Shown here in pieces: positions 59,178 to 64,000 of a DNA stretch of 64,000 nt. This DNA comes from an uncultured Chloroflexia bacterium (GTDB taxonomy: Bacteria > Chloroflexota > Limnocylindria > Limnocylindrales > CSP1-4). The notes below the pieces were generated by a model. It was not told the DNA's origin and did no database searches. It saw only the letters and a list, made by a program, of their open reading frames with translations. The position numbers and the translations under genes were made by a program. Position 1 is the stretch's first letter. Each line of letters opens with the position of its first letter. The stretch is from NCBI GenBank assembly GCA_963696405.1, contig CAVOJY010000002.1:259803-323802 (forward strand). The letters run 5' to 3'.

Positions 59178-60592
59178 GGCGGGCCGTGATCGGCGTGGGG
59201 ACGCTCGGGCCGTGCCGGCCGGCGGCGGGGTGGTCGGGCGCCGACGCGACCCGGGCCGTCCGCACCCGGGAGGAGGGGACCGGGGGAGGCGGTTCGGTCC
59301 GGCGAGGCGGAGCGGAGGATGGGCCGACGCACGAGATGCGACGGAGCGGTCCGAGCCTTGCCGAGATCCCCGGCCGTACCGGGACGTCGCTGGCCGAGGA
59401 GCGGCGGTCCTGGGTCGTGCTGGCGACCGTCGAGGGCGTGGGTGATCGGACGCTCGAGCTGCTCGTCCTCACGCATGGGAGCGCGACCCGGGTGCTCGAG
59501 CTTGCCGCGGCCGGGCGGCTGGACCGCGGGCTCCGCGACGCGGATGGGGAGGGGAGTCGGACGCGAACGTTGCCTGTGCGGACCCAGGCCGGCATCCGCG
59601 AGGCGGCGCTCGCGGCGCCCGCACGGCTGGCGGCGCTCGCCGACATGCGGCTCTGGACGCTCACGCTCCTCGACCCGGACTTCCCGCCGCGGCTGCGCCG
59701 GATCCCCGACCCACCGCTCGTGCTGTTCGGTCGGGGCGACCCCGCGCTGCTCCACCACCCCGCGACCGTGGCGATCGTCGGGACGCGCCGGCCGACGCCG
59801 GCCGGGCGCGTGATGGCCGCCCGCGTCGCCCGCGGACTCGCCATGGCCGGCGTCGCGGTCGTCTCTGGCCTCGCCATCGGCATCGACGGCGCCGCCCACG
59901 CCGCGACCGCGGAGGCAGACCGGCCGACCCTGGCCGTGATCGGGTCGGGGCACGCGCGGCCGGGGCCGCGGGCGCACCGCGCGCTCCTGGACCGGATCCT
60001 CGAGGCTGGCGGCGCCGTGGTGGGCGAGCTTCCGCCTGCGGCTCACGCCACTCGCGGTACGTACCCGCGCCGCAACCGGCTCATCAGCGGTTTCGCGGAC
60101 GCCGTTGTCGTGGTCGAGGCTCCGGAGCGGAGCGGAGCCCTCAGCACCGCCCACCACGCGCTTGCGCAGGGGATCCCCCTCTACGTCTACGCGGGAGGCG
60201 GGACTCGTGCGCCTTGGGCCGGCTGCCGGCGCCTCCTGTCGGAGACATCCGCCGAGGCGTTCGAGACGGTGGATGATCTTCTCGAAGCGTTGCTCGAGCG
60301 GGATGATGATGCCCCGCCGGCGGCCAAGGCGTCGGTGGTGGCGGCCGAACCGACCGCCGTGCAGTTCGGGTCGCTGGGGACGCACGAGCGCCGGGTGGCG
60401 GGCATCCTGGCGCGCGGGCCGGTCTCGGCGGACGGCCTCGCGGTTCAGACCGGTCTGGCCCCGGGCGTTGTCTCGGGCGTGCTCACAATGCTCCAGTTGC
60501 GCGGTCTGGCGACCACGCTCGGTGCGCTCAATCTTCCCGCCGGCTCGCTACTCTCGCCGGGATTGGATCCATTGCGCGCGCCGGGCCCCTGA
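59174..60592 (+). CDS. dprA: DNA-processing protein DprA (Smf)
   Basis: VAIVGTRRPT, VVSGLAIGIDGAAH, YPRRNRLISG, SGALSTA. GTG 59174 overlaps the comM stop. The start is uncertain; alternative ATG 59336. Confidence 0.85.
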   Translation: MRRAVIGVGTLGPCRPAAGWSGADATRAVRTREEGTGGGGSVRRGGAEDGPTHEMRRSGPSLAEIPGRTGTSLAEERRSWVVLATVEGVGDRTLELLVLTHGSATRVLELAAAGRLDRGLRDADGEGSRTRTLPVRTQAGIREAALAAPARLAALADMRLWTLTLLDPDFPPRLRRIPDPPLVLFGRGDPALLHHPATVAIVGTRRPTPAGRVMAARVARGLAMAGVAVVSGLAIGIDGAAHAATAEADRPTLAVIGSGHARPGPRAHRALLDRILEAGGAVVGELPPAAHATRGTYPRRNRLISGFADAVVVVEAPERSGALSTAHHALAQGIPLYVYAGGGTRAPWAGCRRLLSETSAEAFETVDDLLEALLERDDDAPPAAKASVVAAEPTAVQFGSLGTHERRVAGILARGPVSADGLAVQTGLAPGVVSGVLTMLQLRGLATTLGALNLPAGSLLSPGLDPLRAPGP

Positions 60593-60607
60593 CGGGGGGA
60601 GGCGAGC

Positions 60608-63304
<2,697 letters not shown>

Positions 63305-63508
63305 GGTGGCCGGACCTCCAGCACCGCGGGACACGCGGGATCGGGGTGGTGCTCATCGGCGCCTGGCGGGAGCGCCCGCCCCGGGTCGAGCCAGCTATCG
63401 CGGTCGAGTATACCGCCGGGCTCCTCGCGCCTTCTGTAGGTACCATGCGGGGAGACGCCGAACGGGCGAGGGGCGACCCCGACCAGGGACGACGATCAGG
63501 AGGTGCGC

Positions 63509-64000
63509 GTGCGAGCGTGGACCGAGCCGCCGAGGCGGCCGCGCGGGGCGGTCGAGACCGCGCACCCGGCAGCGACCGGCGGGCCGGGGCCAGGCGGGCC
63601 GAGCGAGGGCCAGCTGCCGCGGATCGGCATCGTCGGCGCGGGCCGCGTGGGACTCGCCCTCGGCGTCGCGTTCCACCGGGCGGGTTGGGCTGTGACGTCG
63701 GTCTTCTCCCGCGACGGGGAGCGCCGCGAGCGCTTCGCCCGGCTGGTGCCCGGCTCGACCGCCGCGGGAACGCCCCAGGAGCTCCTGGACTCGGTGGACC
63801 TCGTCATGTTGACTGTGCCAGACGACGCCGTCTCCGAGGTTGCCCGCACCCTTCGCCTTTACAGCGGCCAGGCGATCGTTCACACGAACGGCCTGCTCGG
63901 ATCGGAGGTGCTGCGGCCGGCCCTCGCCGCCGGCGCAGCGGCCGGGAGCTTCCATCCGCTCCTGGCGTTTGCCGACCCGGAGGCCGCCGTCGAGGCACTG
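63509..64000 (+). CDS. Rossmann-fold NAD(P)-binding protein (DUF2520-type oxidoreductase-like), 3' end outside the window
   Basis: Open frame not in the ORF track because it runs off the end. GTG 63509 is 5 nt after AGGAGG. IGIVGAGRVGLALGVAF, LVMLTVPDDAV, HTNG, FHPL. Confidence 0.55.
   Translation, partial: MRAWTEPPRRPRGAVETAHPAATGGPGPGGPSEGQLPRIGIVGAGRVGLALGVAFHRAGWAVTSVFSRDGERRERFARLVPGSTAAGTPQELLDSVDLVMLTVPDDAVSEVARTLRLYSGQAIVHTNGLLGSEVLRPALAAGAAAGSFHPLLAFADPEAAVEAL

Overview
Very GC-rich (roughly 70% by eye), gene-dense bacterial chromosomal segment. It has Actinobacteria/Chloroflexi-like hallmarks: an LCP protein, DUF4333 and DUF2342 proteins, a T-box leader, and many start codons that look leaderless. 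I support about 55 protein genes. Housekeeping genes: ftsH, ppa, acnA, ychF, tyrA, a TrpB2-type trpB, comM-dprA and nfeD-SPFH. Repair genes: a UvrD-nuclease fusion and a MrfA/MrfB-like helicase-exonuclease pair. Others: two REC-ParA/CpaE-like ATPases, a MazEF-like toxin-antitoxin pair, two glycosyltransferases, several membrane or secreted hypotheticals, and one tRNA(CAU). I saw no rRNA, CRISPR array, transposase, integrase or prophage genes. The outstanding anomaly is a co-directional minus-strand operon at about 22.8-31.5 kb: LysM lipoprotein, unknown protein, thiolase, DUF35, FAD/2Fe-2S/Moco hydroxylase subunits, DUF1116, cyclase. Its genes can only be read by stitching all three frames (several dozen frame switches). 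The remaining ~55 kb holds only five isolated frameshifts, in the mrfA-like, UbiA/MenA-like, tryptophanase-like, M20 dipeptidase and one membrane-protein gene. Other notable items: a canonical T-box leader with a Trp (UGG) specifier ahead of a stand-alone trpB2; three phased 13-bp palindromes inside a perfect 21-bp x3.5 intergenic tandem repeat; recurrent TAnnnT boxes 6-10 nt before start codons that lack a Shine-Dalgarno; a decayed partial duplicate of a DUF4333 gene; and a DnaB-C-terminal-only ATPase. All calls rest on manual reading of the sequence and ORF track; no database searches were run.
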